Assembly (NCBI GenBank): GCA_905178155.1
Contig: CAJINV010000006.1
Location: 1,117,876-1,181,875, forward strand
Source of the DNA: Amoebophrya sp. A120
Taxonomy: Eukaryota; Protista; Dinoflagellata
DNA length: 64,000 nucleotides
Direction of reading: 5' to 3'
Numbering within the stretch: the first letter of the stretch is position 1; each line of letters opens with the position of its first letter. The notes under the pieces are model-generated. The model had not been told where the DNA came from and did no database searches. It saw nothing but the letters and a program-made list of their open reading frames with translations. A program made the position numbers and the translations under genes. This document shows positions 10,701 to 25,700 of this stretch, piece after piece.

Positions 10701-13700
10701 TTCTGTCCTGATTTCCCCGGGTTGGGCACCTGCCTGCAGCCGAAGCACTACCGGCAGAATGTGGGGAAAGTTGTGGTCATGATGCACAGTTACGGGGTTT
10801 TGCTGAACGGAAATTTTGGCAGGATAGACAGCAGTAGTACAACTAACGCAACGTCGTCTGCAGGTCCAGGTTCATCTACATCGACATCTACAACTGCATT
10901 AGCAGCTCCATCAGAAATTTCCGATTTTGACACGCGGATGATGGTTGCGCCGGTCTCAAAATTCACATTAGTAATTGACTGCGGCGGGGAGGAGTGTGGG
11001 AATACGAAAAATCTGACGGAGAGAATCAAGATTGTGAATCGCCGAGCCGCTAGTACTCCGTCAGAACAATCTTCATCCGGCAGCAGCACAACTGTTAATA
11101 CACAGACGCGCCCTTACTGGGACTCAGCCACAGTTTATCCCAGCACGAAAAAAGTGTTACAGTTACACATTTGTAGTGAATTCAGCAACACAAATTTCTC
11201 TGCATGATGAGAGAAAAACTTGTAATGCAGAAATCCTACGGGAAAACAGCTATGAAACGAGGCTCCTATGCATATCCGGCATGACAGAGCTTGTCTAGAC
11301 TATGTGTGTAACTGTAACACTTTTTCTTTGCGATACAATTTTTTCCGATTTTTGCAACGCACAAAACGACACGGAGTTGTTACAGCTTTCGCCGAACGGG
11401 GTCTGGGAAAAGGAAAGAACAAGCGTGACAGCGACAAGTACGGCTAGTAGCCACACAAATGCGCAAGACCAATCAACGCAACAACAGCAGCAGCAGCAGC
11501 TTCAACTCCTTTTGCAAGATTTCTACAAACTCCAACACGTCGCCCCCGTGAATCTTGAGGGAATCAGCACAAAAATCGCTTTTCCGGACCTATTTTTGAA
11601 ACCGCGCACAGTATCCTGTGCAAAAGTATCGTACTCGTATAAATGCCAGACTAGCATGACAAGTCTGGTTTCTTGGGTAATTGTTTAGCATGACAAATTT
11701 GATTTTTGATGCTGAGCTAATTTGTAATGCAATTTATACTAGTAGCATGCTTTTGCAGTGCATACACAGCGGCCAATAGCAATCTACCGGTCAGCGGAAT
11801 CTTGGACGTTTGCTTCTCCCACAATATGCATTGCAGATGTGTTTGGGTCTGGAAGATTCCGAGATTTGTCATGCGGTTTTTCCAAGCCCTGTCAAGTCTG
11901 GAATGCGGGGCCTAGCATGACAGGTTCTCGTGCAGCCCCTTCGTGATGCCTATTGTGCATGAGAAATACCCTCTCGTCAGCATGGCCAGAAGTGAGCACC
12001 TTTTGCCAGTCATGCAACACAGATCTTTGTATGATCCTCAACTCGCATCACAAGTTCGGATCCTTCCAGACAACCAGGGATATTTGCACTTGATACACAA
12101 CCCGGTGCTGCATGACTTTTTGAACGAAACAAGTCACGGTATTTTTCCCGCAGAAACTACGCTGAACGACACGTCGTTGATCCGCCAAGCAGCATTTTCA
12201 TCTTCAGCCGCGGATAGAAGTACTGGTGGCAACAACAATTACTACGACCCCGGTTCCATTTTCGCACTACAAACTCGCGCGAGAGTGTTCTTCAAGACGG
12301 GCGAAGTGCATTTGCACGGATTAACAATACAGCACGTGGACGATGCTGCGGTGGACATCACGGATACGAAGCCGATCATCGTGGAAACGGATTTTCGAGT
12401 GGCGGTGTTGCCGTTGCTATCCTGTGCCAAAGTTATCAACTTGTATTGCAATCATGCATTACAAATCCTTTTGTTAAGGTAAATCCGCATGACAAATTTC
12501 ATTTCTCATGCGGAGGAAATTTGTAATGCAATTATACGAGTACGATACAATTTTTGCACTGCATAGATGCTAGGGGTGTACGAAACGAGTGGAATTTTTA
12601 CCAACACTTTGGAAGTGAATAGTGGGAGCACATCAACAACGACGACCGGCAATACCAATACAAATGCGAACATTACGTCGGAGAACACTGTGAAATTTTT
12701 GTGGGACCTGGATGCGGAGTTTGGGAATAGCCAGTGCTATATGGATCGCAAATATGTCTGGGTCTGGAAGAATACAAACTTGTGATGCGCATTTCAGAAC
12801 ACAGAAAAGTCTCTCATGCACAGGTAGCAAAAGCTGCCCACTTTCTGTCACCAAAATGGGAGATTTGTCATGCGGATTCGGCATTGTGGAAGCCGAAGCT
12901 TCAGCTTCTCGAAACCTGTGATGCTAGAGCTTCCATGCCAGACCTTCTGTGTCATGCAGAACCAGCATGATTCTTCCAGACCGAGACCCAGACACTTTTG
13001 CATTTGATATGCTACCGCTACGACATGCATCCTTACAGCGCGACAAACAAACCGCCGATCACACACAGAGCGCACCGAGATGCGGATTTGGTGCCGAGGG
13101 GTGGCGGTGTGAGGACATCAAGCGGGGGCACAGGCACTGCGAGCAGTAGTGCAAGTAGCGGAAGCGGCAGCAGCACGAATGGCACTTCTGCAGCAACATC
13201 AACTCCAGCAGGATCATCAACTATCCCACGAAAGAACAACTGTTTCACTGTGATGGTTTTGCAAGATCTGCATCACAAGTTTGTTGCACATGACACAGAA
13301 AATTTGCCATGCGCGTTTCCCAAGGCACGGGAATAAAACACGCTTAGCAATCCATTGTGTTGCAGGTGTAGCAAGACAAACACTTTGGTGTTTCGTTCTC
13401 TGCGTCACAGGTTCACAGTGAAACAGTTTTTTCTTGCGATATCAACACAGATCGAACAAACTGAGTACGAAGTGGCATCGAGCTCTTCCACGGGGTACTT
13501 CAGCAACCGATACTGTCTAGACTACAGCACAAACTGCACGACCACCGGTCTTGCGAGTGCGAAGGTGAGTAACAAAATTTTGTTCGACAACATGTTACCC
13601 AAAGTTCCCGGCGTGTTCGCGGTGTGCTACTGCGCTGAGGGGTGTAGCGGGTCCTCTTCTGCCAGTGTACTAGACTCTAGTACTTCCGCATCGACGACGA

Positions 13701-16700
13701 CCTCGAGCAGCATGACAAATTCGAAAAACATTCCCCTCGCAACCCATCTTCAACGCTGGATGCTGGTCGATCGGATCACCGTCGCGGGGCCGGAGATGTA
13801 TCAAGTGCAAAAATGTCTGGGTCTGGAAAAGTGTAGACTTGTCATGCAGATTTTCGCTGACCCATGAGGTCTGGAATGTGGGACTTAGCATGACAGACTC
13901 GGCGAGGTCTCTGCCATGCCTATACTGCATGAGAAGCTCCATCCTAACTTGGTCAAAAGTGGACAGCTTTTGGTAGTCATGCAACACAGTTTTTTACATG
14001 ATTCAGATTTACCATGACAAGTTGCAATCTTCTAGACCCAGACATTGTAGCAGTTGATAAGATGGTTCCGGTAACGAAGAAATTCCAGCTGACCAGCCGG
14101 GTGATGGGCAGTCTGTCGATTTTAGGGTTTGGGTTCAGCGTGAAAAACCGGATCAGGCTGCTCCCGAAAGCGTTACTGCAAGAAATAGCTGCAACTACTG
14201 GGACGAACAATAAAGACGTGAGTGGGGCGAGTGTTCAGACCAGCACCGCAGAGAATTACCTTGCCTTGTGCCAAGAGCCCTTTCCGAACAGAACCGTTTC
14301 GGGGATCCAATCCTGCTGGCCGAACTACAACGGGTGTAGGGACCACGGGATTGATGAAGCAGTGAACAACCAAATCGCAGACTTAGAAGTGACAATCCTC
14401 CACTCGCACGTGTTTCCCATCCCGCGAGTGATCACGAGGCTGGAGTCCACAACGGAAGGAGCTAGTACAACCGCTGGTGGTGATAGTAGTACAACCAGCA
14501 TGACAAATAACATAGGCGAGGACTATTCCACCCGATCCACTTGGGTCTACTTCTCCGGCGTCCATTTACTTTCGAAAAACGACTATCCTGTGCAAAAGTA
14601 TCTGATACTCGTATTGCAATAAATGCATTACAAATCTTTGTTTTATGGTAAGGCAGCACTACAAACTTTATTTCTCATGCTGAGAAAATTTGTAATGCAT
14701 TTATACGAGTACGATACTTTTGCATTTCATAACGACCGGATTCACTTCGAAGACTTGGAGATCCCGCAACGGGAAGTGTCTCACCAGCTGTACTATTTGG
14801 ACTTAAACCGCCTCCTTCGCGGCGGCATGTCGGGGCACCGGATCTTGGAATCGGACAACGCGAACAATCGGGTCCGGATCGGCTTGAACCTGTTCGGGAT
14901 TGACGAAAGAAAATCACCTAGTTTCGATTTCCTCCCGAAAGTGAGACTGAACGAGGGAAAGTGGCGCAGGTCAAATGTTTTATCCGTGCCGTATTTGTTT
15001 GCGCCCAACCCGGTGAACGAAGAGGTCGTGATTTGCTGGAGTATATCCTGTGCAAAAGTATCGTACTCGTATTGCAATCATGGATTACAATTTTTTTTCT
15101 CAAGGAAAAACAGCATTACAAATTTTATTTCCCATGCTGAGGGAATTTGTAATGCTAATGCATTTATACCAGTAGCAGTACGATACTTTTGCAGTTCATA
15201 GAGTAGTGCTGAGATGAAACACAGCATCCCGAACGACGCAGATCCAAGTGGGGCGACGAAGATTGAGTCGTTGAAATACGAGTCCTTTGTCGGAGAATTA
15301 TTAGTCCCACTTCCCGCAAACTTCCGGCAGACAAATCTCGGTTTGTTGACAACCGAGTACAGTGCCGTACAGCCGGTGATTTTGAGTTTTGTGACGAACC
15401 GAGATAAACACAGCTACTACCAGTCGGTGGTGAACGAGATGCAGTTGCGGATTGCGGTGGAAAACACCGAGTATTTGAAAATTTTCCGCGCGGACCACGC
15501 AGAGGGGTACGGGTTGACCCCCGGCGGGGAGGTGGAGCGTGATTTGACGGTGAACGAACTCCACGAGCGAAAGCAGTCGGTGTGCGGGAGGGTTATTAAA
15601 GAAGCATGGTCAAACGACACCATGAACGGGATTTTTGAACAGCAGGCGAATTCCTTTGGGTATGAGACGGGGTACTTTCCGGAAAACCCCATCACGAAAA
15701 ACGACCCGCTGAAACACAAAATTCTCAACCCAGTCGGCTCCTCCGGCGGGTCGTTTCCGGTCCCGCAGGGGTGCTACTACGAGCAGCAAAACGGAAAATT
15801 TGAGTTCTTCATGGTGTTTGAGAAGGGGAATGGGTTTGTAGGGGGAGTGGAGTACCAGATCGTCTTGAACGTGCAGTATTTGGAGAATTTGCAGCAGAAT
15901 ACGAATGTATCCTGTGCAAAAGTATCGCACTCGTAGTAATTGCAAACATGCATGACAAATCTCCATCCCAAGGTAAAACAGCATGACAATTTTCATTTGT
16001 CATGCTGAGGTAATTAGTAATGCCATTACTACGTAGTACGCTACTTTTGCAATGCATAGAATGGCGGGGGAAGTAATGTGGGTCAACATCATCAGCCGAT
16101 CCAGGTGGCAACGTTTGGCGACATCGAGTTCGAGCGAAACCGTATCGTATTCAAAAACGTCCCCACCTCCCCAGAGCTGTAATGCAAATCTGCATGCTGA
16201 AACTGTTTCTCATGCGGAGGCCCATGAGAAGCCTTGTCTAGTCGCGTTTTGGAATCAGCATGATATAACTACTAGATTTGTGATGCTGCTTACCTACCTC
16301 AAACAGCACTGCACTACGAGTCCAAATTTGTCATGCAAAACAGCCAAACCTTGCGGATTTGTCTAGCCAAAGACTCACCATCTTGACTATGGGGTAGGGA
16401 CGTTTTCACATGGGATAAACCGAGTGATTGAATTAGACGACGTGTACCCGAGTTTTGGGCCAGTGCGAAGGCGGCAGATCTCGGACTCTTTTTTATCTTC
16501 CGGCATGTTGACAGCCGAGGAAGAGGCGCTGTTTGGCGGAAGTAGTAGTGCAACTACTGCTTCTAGCGGTGATTCAACTACTGCTAGTGGGCAGTCAGCG
16601 CAGTCAGCGCCACCTGTCCTCTTCCCGGGTGCACGAGCCAAATTCGCGAACAGCGCACTCAATGTGACGGAACAGCTTGGTATTAACGCAGCATCTACTT

Positions 16701-19700
16701 CTTCACAAACTTCCTCTGTCGGTATTCTCCACCCAGTAAGGGGTGTGATGATCAACGCCGATTCCATTCACAACGTTTCTGATATGGAGTTCTCAAATGT
16801 TACATTCTCAACTGTTGCGTGAATTTGTAATGCGAGACTGGCAAAAGTGAAAGGAGGAAGATTGCGCCTTTTGCATTACAAGTCTAGCGCAGATTTAGGC
16901 GCGGTTTAGCCCTTCGCAAATTTGTCATGCGGAGCAGCTTGATCGTGAGGATGATAGTGGTGCTTTTGCATGACAAATTTATGTATACAGTTGCGAATGT
17001 AACAGTTGAGAACCCCATATCCGAGAAAAAAACACTTCCCTTCCTACTCCAATCGCTGATATCCTCTGCAAAAGTACCGTACTCGTACTGATTGCATTTA
17101 TGCATTACAAATGTAGTTCCTAAGGCAAATCCGCAACCGCATTACAAATTCAATTTGTAATGCTGAGCCAATTTGTATTGCAATTCATACTAGTACGTTG
17201 CTTTTGCAATGCATAGCTGAACAAAGACAGCAAAATTGACTCCGGCTACATTCTGCGCATTTTCCCCTTACCCCTCACCCACTGGCGGTGGCCGAAGAAC
17301 GCAAATCTATATCAGGTGCAAATATGTCTCTCTGGGTCTGGATAGCTGGAAGTTGTCATGCTGAGTCTGGATCGTGCGAAAATCTGTGTTGCGTGAATGC
17401 CAAAAGAAGTCCACGACTTTTGACCTAGTTGACAGGGCGTTTCTCATGCAGGACAGGCATAATAGAGACCTCACAGGGTTTGTCATGCTGGGCCCTGCAT
17501 TCCAGACCTCATGAGTCATAGACAACCTGCATTACAAATGCCTGCACTCATCCGGACCCAGACATATTTGCAGCTGATAATCTAGGCTGCAGCGCCACGT
17601 GCCTGCGCCAGGTGGGGGCGCAGGACTACTTTTTATGCATTGCAAAAGTATCGTACTAGTAGTAATTGCATTACAAATTTTTAACCTAAGCATGTTTTAC
17701 CTTCAGGACAAGATTTGTCATGCATAATTGCAATTATAGTACGAGTGCGATACTTTTGCACAGGATACTTTTTCGGGCAGGACAAGATCACGGGGTGCAG
17801 CAGTATCGAAGCCCAAGACCGGAACAACGGGCAGCCGACGTGTTATCGTAAGGAAAAATCCCTCCTCCCGATATCGAGACGAAGTTTCTGATGCTGAATT
17901 TCCGTACACACATGCGCGCTGTCTTCCAATGAGGCATCGCAGCCGGATCCTCAGCCTAGGTAGAAGGGGCGTTTGGTTCTAGTTGTTGAGCATTGCGAAT
18001 GGCTTCCCCCTAGGCCCGACAGCATGCCAAATCGCTTCCACAATGGCGCGGAAGTAGCCTCTGCGCTTGTCTTCTTGCGAGACAGACGGGATCCGTGGCC
18101 TCAAATCAGCAACGCAAATTTCTGGAAACATACCGTGTTGATATGGGGAGGACGGAGCTTTCCTCTCAATGCGTGTGAGTTGGAGGGTATCTTTGACTTC
18201 TGCGAGGACCGGCTGGTCCGTGTGTATCAAATGTAAAAATGTCTGGGTCTGGAAGAATGCAACTTGTCATGCTAAATCTGAAGCAAGCAAAAATCTGTGT
18301 TGCATGAGTGCCAAAAGTCGCCCAGTTTTGACCATGTCGGGCGGGAGTTCTTTCTCATGCAGAATAAGCATGAGAGAGATCGCACAGAATGTGTCATGCT
18401 AGCTCCTGCATTCCAGACCTCATGGGTCATGGAAAAGCTGCACGACAAACCGCCCTCTTTCCAGACCCAGACATTTTTGCATTTGATAGTGTGATGGGAA
18501 CCACCATAGACAAGCCGTGGCACGACTCCCGCGGGCCGGCGTTCAACTGTTCGCATTTTTACGAGCAGCTGACGGTCCGCAAGATGACGGCAACGGATTC
18601 GACCGTCGCGGAAAAATTTGGAAGCGAGATGGAAAAGTTCATTGAACGATACGACAGCGGAAACGCGGTGTGGACCACAAGCACCACTACAACCACGACC
18701 ACAACGGGGTTCGATTTTTGTAGGTGTTTGGAAATTGATGCGGGAACCGCGAATGCGACAGCGAACTTCTGCGCCAACGCGACGACCAGTAGTACCTCCC
18801 CCTCGGCGGTAAGCGCGTCGTCGCCTCTCACCTGTTTCAATTGCACTGACGGTAGCTCGTCGGAGAGTTTCGTTTGCGTCCACAACGAGACACTATCTCC
18901 CGATAGCGCAGGAGCACCCTCGAGTGCAGCTTTTTCCCCACAAACAACGACCTCAGCCGCCACCACAGCTGCAAGCAGTGGAGGAAGCACACCGGGCTTT
19001 ACCACTTGGACCACCACAACCACACCTTTCTTCGACCCACTAGTCCGTGACGACGGCGCGTGTATGAAATACGGAAATTCGTTTCGCCAAGACATCCGCA
19101 CAGCCTCCGAGTCCTGTTGTGCCTGCGGGGGCGGGCAAATTCCGGAACAGAACCAATTTTACGAAGAACACTACAAACAAGCCGCGCTGAAAATCTACCT
19201 CCCTCTCTTCCTGAAAGAACCCGCATCGCAATCCCTTCTCACGCAATACAAATTTACCGTCTCCTGGAACCACCGGGAGCCGCAGGGCTTCCAGCCAACC
19301 AGGTTCGCGGCGCAATTGACCGATGAATATGATGAAAATCCGAGTTTTGTGTACACAACGGGCGCGTTCGTGTACCAGAAGTATGATGCGACTTTACTCA
19401 AATCGGTGACCGCGGTGGTGATGAATCAGGGAATGAGTCAATCTTTTTCCGGGTTGACGGTCGCGAACCCCAAACGCTTTACTTCTATGAAGGACAACTT
19501 TTTCTACTTGCGACTGACTTTACCGACAAATTTAGTCCCGAGTTCGAACGTGACGCTTGTTTTACCCGAAACGCCGGTGTTGAGCAGCGGTGGTAGTACG
19601 ACAGGTGGTGCTGGAACTACCTCGTTGAAGAAAAACTTCTACACCTGCAAAAACGTGTACCGTGTGGCGGAAGATTTCCCTTTACTCAATTTCACCAGAC

Positions 19701-22700
19701 CGACCACTACCACCACAACGACCAGCCTGCTCCCAAGGGAAACCACTACCACCACGACAACCACAGTGCCGTTGGTCTCCAGTACTAGCTCTGCATCAGA
19801 CTTCGAATTGAACCGGAGGTACCCGAGTTACAACGGGTTTTTCCGCGGGGGTATCAAATGCAAAAATGTCTGGATCTGGGAGGATGGAACTTGTGATGGT
19901 GCATTTGGAATCCAAAACAGTTTGTATTGCTTGAGTAGCAAAGGAAGAAGTGTGATCTTTGCTACGCGGAGAGGGCATTTGTCATGCGGGATAGGCATTA
20001 AGAACCCCTCAAAAGATCTGTGATGCTACGGCATGCATCACAGACATCGTGGCTCGTGCAAAACTCTCAGAATCTTCCAGACCCAGACACCTTTACGGTT
20101 GATAGGGGGATATCCCACGGTCAATTTTGACTACAATGTAAACAACAACTGGGACTTTTCTGCCGGTGACAACCGGTGCGTGTTTCAACTGGATACCGAC
20201 GCGCGATTTTACCAGTCGCAGCGGTTTTGGTTCTTGGTATCGGTGGACAATCCGGATTACCCCTTGTCCATTTACGACGTGGAAAACGAGTGGAAGTGGG
20301 AGTATTCCGTTGTAGATGAAGTAGATGGCGGCACAAGCACTACTGGGACAGGAGCAGCGGGGGCATCGTCACAAGTTCTAAAAACCTCCGACGGGCAGTT
20401 CCTTTTGAATCCAACAACCGGTTCGTTCACCCTCGCCCCAACAGACACAACAACAACTGCTGGAGCCACGACCACAAGGATTGCGAAAACCGGCCGGGAA
20501 AAAGCAGTGGAATTTCTCATGCAGAAATGCTACCCAAATGACGCAACTTTAACCGCAAATGATGAGTACAACGTGATCCTCGACCAAGCACAGACCCTAG
20601 GCGCGAACTACTACGCGCCACCTTTAGTTTCGGAGAGAACGACGTTTCAGCTCTTTGTCCACCCGTTTGCGCCGCGGTTGGAGCACCGCAACAGCTTTCC
20701 GTTGTTTCCCAGTAGGAGAGTGTCGTCGGCTCCTGCGGGGAGTGGTGGTGGAGGTACGGTTGCCGGTCCTGTGCAGGAGCAATTCCCGATCGAGCTCCCA
20801 CGCACGTTTCAATGGGTGAAAAATGAACGTTTTGGAATTTTCGAGTGGCAATTATTGCCGGATACCGAGAATTACACGACAAAGTTCACGGTTTTGGGCA
20901 TGATTGTGCAGCACGGGGTGACAACAACAACGTCCGCTGAGGAAAACACAAACAGTCAAAACACGTTCCATTTACCAAAAACTTTAATCCAACCGCTCTC
21001 CTTCACTTTCGCCGACTCGTTTCCAAAATCCATCGCCATGACGATTGGGGACAGGAATAGTTTAAAGGAAACCATTTTCCAAATCTTCTTCGCCATAGAA
21101 CGACCAACAAGTGAATCACCCGGCGTGGAGATCGACTTTCCCATTGGGTTCGGGATTGAGCAGGAGTGTTGGGCGTTTAATTTGCCGGATGAGAACGTCT
21201 ATGCATTGCAAAAGTGTCTGGGTCGTCTGGAAGGATGCAACTTGTAATGCTAATTCTGGATCGTGCAAAAATCTGTGTTGCATGAATGCCAAAAGTTGTG
21301 CACTTTTGACCAAGTTGGGAGGAGGTTTCTCATGCAGGATAGGCATGATAGGTGAGGTCTCACAGAATCTGTCATGCTAGGTCCTGCATTCCAGACGACA
21401 TGGATCATGGAAAATCTGCATGACAAGTCTTGGAATCTTCCAGACCCAGACACTTTTGCATTTGATAACGTCAGGGAAAAGTGGTACAAACCGTTTGACA
21501 GCAGTACAGCAACCACATCAGCTATCAAACAAAAAAAGTTCGTCACGATCAACTATGCGCATTTCTGCAATACAAAACTTTCTGTCATGCGTAAAAATGC
21601 GTCACAGCCAAACTTCATAATCATAAGGGATATCCCTAGTGTTTCCGCAATACAAAGAAAAGCTGTGATGCTAAGAAAATAGATTTGTAATGCAAAACCT
21701 GCAAGGTAGTGACAAACTTTTTTATTTTTCTCTCCATATCAACGAGCAGCTCTAGTTCAAGCGTTTCGGTTTCCTCTACTTCCAGCAACACAGATTCATT
21801 CGAGTCCGATGAAGCGGCTTTCGGGGTTGGGAAGATTGACTCCTGTGTATCAAAAGGAAACTCCCCCCTCCCCATATCGAAACGAAGTTTCTGATGCAGG
21901 ATTTGCGTACACAAATCAGATTTGTCTTGCTAGAGAGGACGGCAGGCCTATGCTGAGCCTGAGGAGGGAGCTTTTGGGCTAGGCACTGAGCATGGCAAAC
22001 GTCTAGTCTGTAGGGCCAACAGCATCACAAACCGCCTGCAGAATGCGGCGGAGCCGGTGGGGTTGCGTTCTTGCAAGACAGAGACGATTTGTGGTCACAA
22101 ATCAGCATTACAAATTTCTTGAGACGTCGCACCTTCTCGATATGGGGAGGGGAAATTTTTCCTTACGATACTGTGCTGGTAGCTACAGTGAGGACTTGGT
22201 GAAGTTTGTCGGGAGCAACAGCGATACTACAGGGGAGCAGCTGTCTTCCTACAGCTTCAACCGCGCGACTTTGAAACTGGCGGAGAAATTGTCCCCGGGG
22301 ATCATTTACGGGTTTGAGTTGGTAGTGAAACCGGTGGAGAAGGGGGATTATGAGAGGTTGTACGGAGGAGGTGGTGCTGGTGGTGGAGCAGCGTCATCGT
22401 CTACGGCTAGTACTGTTTTTACGACCACTTCTGCTCCTGTATCGTCCGCGACGGGCTCAAGTAGTACAACAACCGCCGCCAAGTGGGAATTCAAACTCCG
22501 AACCTTAAACAAACACTCCGAGCCGATGGACGAAACCCTCTACAACATCCCCTGGTCGGTCGACGGGATTTACCCGAGTCACATTGATCCGGCAACTAAT
22601 TCCTACACTTTAACCGACTTCTTCACCCAACCTTACCAAATCCACGAGTTTGAGAATGTCACTTCCTATCCAGTGCAAAGACATCGCACTCGTAGTAATT

Positions 22701-25700
22701 GCAATTATGCATTACAAATCTCAACTCCAAGGTCAAACAGCATAACAACTTCCATTTGCCATGCTGAGGTAACTTGTAATGCAGTTACTACTAGTACGGT
22801 GCTTTTGCAATCCATGTCTCCCCTTCTACCACAATCCCTGTAACGGAAAGAGAAAACATTCCAGAAAATTTCCTCCCGCAGATCTATTTCCACGACCCCA
22901 GACCCTCGTTTTTGTATCAAATGCAAAATGTCTGGGTCTGGAAGAGTGGAACTTGTAATGCTGTCTGCGGATTCTAAAAATATCTGTGTTGCGTGCGCAG
23001 TAAGACGAGTCAGCTCGTCTTGGCACGCGGAGAGGGCAATTGTCATGCGTAATTAGCATCAAGAAGCTCTCGAAAAATCTGTGATGCTAGCACCAGCATC
23101 ACAGACCTGATGGGTCCTGAAAAATGTGCATGACAAGCCCCGACTCTTCCAGACATCCAGGGATGTTTGCAGTGCATATTTTGACCAACAGCCCCACTTT
23201 GGTGGTAATCTCGAATTTGAAGCTGTTTGGTTATGGCGTTCTCAACTGTAGTTACGTTCTCCACTCCTACATGAGTTTGTGATGCAAGAACGGCAAACGT
23301 GATATGGGGGATCTTGTGCGTCTTGCATGACAGACTTGGCACAGTAGATTCCCAGCCCGTTTGATGACCCTTCAAGAATTTGTCATGCGAAGCAGCTTGG
23401 TCGTGTCAATTCTGATAGCAATTTTGCATGGCAAGTTCATGTAACAGCTGAGAGTGTAACATTTGAGAATCCCATATTGGGAGGGAGAAGATTTTGAAAA
23501 TCACCGCCCCGTACGGCTTCGAGTGGGATTGGGATGGTATATGCAAGAAAAAAAGTGTGTAAGTGTAAATCTGTGATGCAGAAAATGCAGAACTGTTACA
23601 CTGACTTGTCATGCCGGACAGCCACGAAGTCCTCTTTTCAACATATGTGTTTTCCCTTACAAGCCACGCATGACAGGTTTTCGCTGTCATGTAAAGCAAA
23701 TTTGTGATGCTGTTAGCCAAAGAAAGTTACACTTACACAGTTTCTTTCCCTGGATATGGTAGCAAAATAAGCGACTATTGGGGCCCGTATTGGCCGACGC
23801 AGGGGAGTTACCGGCTCTGGATTGATAGTACTCTAAAAGAAGAGTTCCGAACGAATTTTACTAGCAGCTACTTGACAGAGGTGAGCAGTGCTGGAGAGAA
23901 TTTGTCGATGCAGAGACTAGTGGAGAAGAAGTACGATTTAGATTGGGCCGGACTTTCGTCATCTTCTTCGAGCATGACAAGTTCATCTTGCGGAGAGCCG
24001 ATGCGACCCACACCATCAACAGGAACTACAAGCAGTCAGCACTTTACCCCGCAGAAAAACGTGCTGCAGTGGAACAAAACTTGCGACTTCAACTATTGTG
24101 AGGAAAAATGTCCCCACCCCACAGTTGTCATGCAATTCTGCATGCCAAAAAAGTTTCTCATGCGGAGCTCAATGAGAAGCGTTTTCTATTCGCGTTTTGG
24201 AATTTATGATGCTAGAATCAGCGTGCTATGCTAGATCTGTGATGCTTCTGAACTAGCTAAACAGGATTACACTACCCGGACAAACCTGTCATGCCAAACA
24301 ACCAAAGCTGGTCGATTTGTCTAGCACATTTCCCATCTTGACTCTGGTGTGGGGATGTTTTTCATCAGGATATCAACGGGGACTTCCTCTACGGTTTTCG
24401 GTCCTGGATCTACATCCCTTTGCAGCCGCCCATCACGAGCGGGAATTTCTGGTTGGTACAGCTACTAAAACCGAAGACTTTCGCAGGTGGTTCTGGGAGC
24501 GTGGTCGGGGTTGGTGGAAGTGTGGGTCACGGAACCTTTGCCTACCGATTTCCACCGCCGCCGGTGGGGCAGATAGAGGCAGGAGGTATAGCAACGGGTC
24601 GCGCTACTGCAGAAGTTGCGGCGAATGGAGACACAGCTACAACTACTTCTGTTGCGTCGTCAGCTACAACAGGTCAACAGCAGCAACAGCAACCGAGGCA
24701 ATCCCTCTCCCACTTCCACCCGCAGATCGCGGCGATTTCCAATGTGAAAATCCAACTTTCCCCCGCCACCCCCGGCGCTCTGGCGGACTTGCAGTTTGAG
24801 TTCAAATTATCCAGAAACCTACCGGTGAATGGGTCGATTGAATTTCTGTCCCCCTTCAAATTCGAATATTTGATGGAGTACCGGAAGGATTTGAATCGTT
24901 CTACGATTCTCAAAACGTATCCACAGGAACAAATTTGCCGTACATGATGTTCGAAGTTCAAATGCTGTTTCGGCATGACAATAAAGCTGTGGCTCAATCC
25001 TATTCAGCATTGCACGTTTGGAGTGGTTCTTCTATGGGAGTAAAATTTGTGATGCATTTTGTACGTCGTGTGTGGGAAATTTGTATTGCATAAAACGGAA
25101 TACGAGTACATGCCGAGCTGCATTCTGGAAGATTTGTCGAGCACGAAACAATCGATTTCGACCATAACGGAACAACTGGCGCAGGAGATTTCACTGCAGG
25201 AAGGGGAAGTGTCCGCATTGGATGACGATCGAGTGTTACTCTTTCGCACGAGAAGCACCATGCCGTATGCGCGATATGACCGGAGTTGGAATTTACTACC
25301 AGTTGATTATATGCACTGCAAAAGGAAAAGTATCGTACTCGTAGTATTGCAATACAAATTAGCGCAGCATGACAAATGGAATTTGTCATGCTGATGTAGC
25401 TTGAACAAGAAATTTGTAATGCATAAATGCAATTCGTACGCTACGAGTGCGATACTTTTGCACAGGATAGATTACACCTGTAAAGTGATTTTTTTCATCA
25501 ACGCCGATGCAGAAGTGAACGACGCGCGAGTGCAGATCATGAGTAAAATATCTCAAGAAAAAGCTTTTCAGTGTGAACTTGTGATGCATAGAATGGAGCA
25601 CAGAACGATTTGTCTTGCTACACCTGCAAGACATTGGATTTTTAGGAGTGTTTTCCCTTTGGAAGTGCGCATGGCAAATTTTCTGTGTCATGTGTAACAA

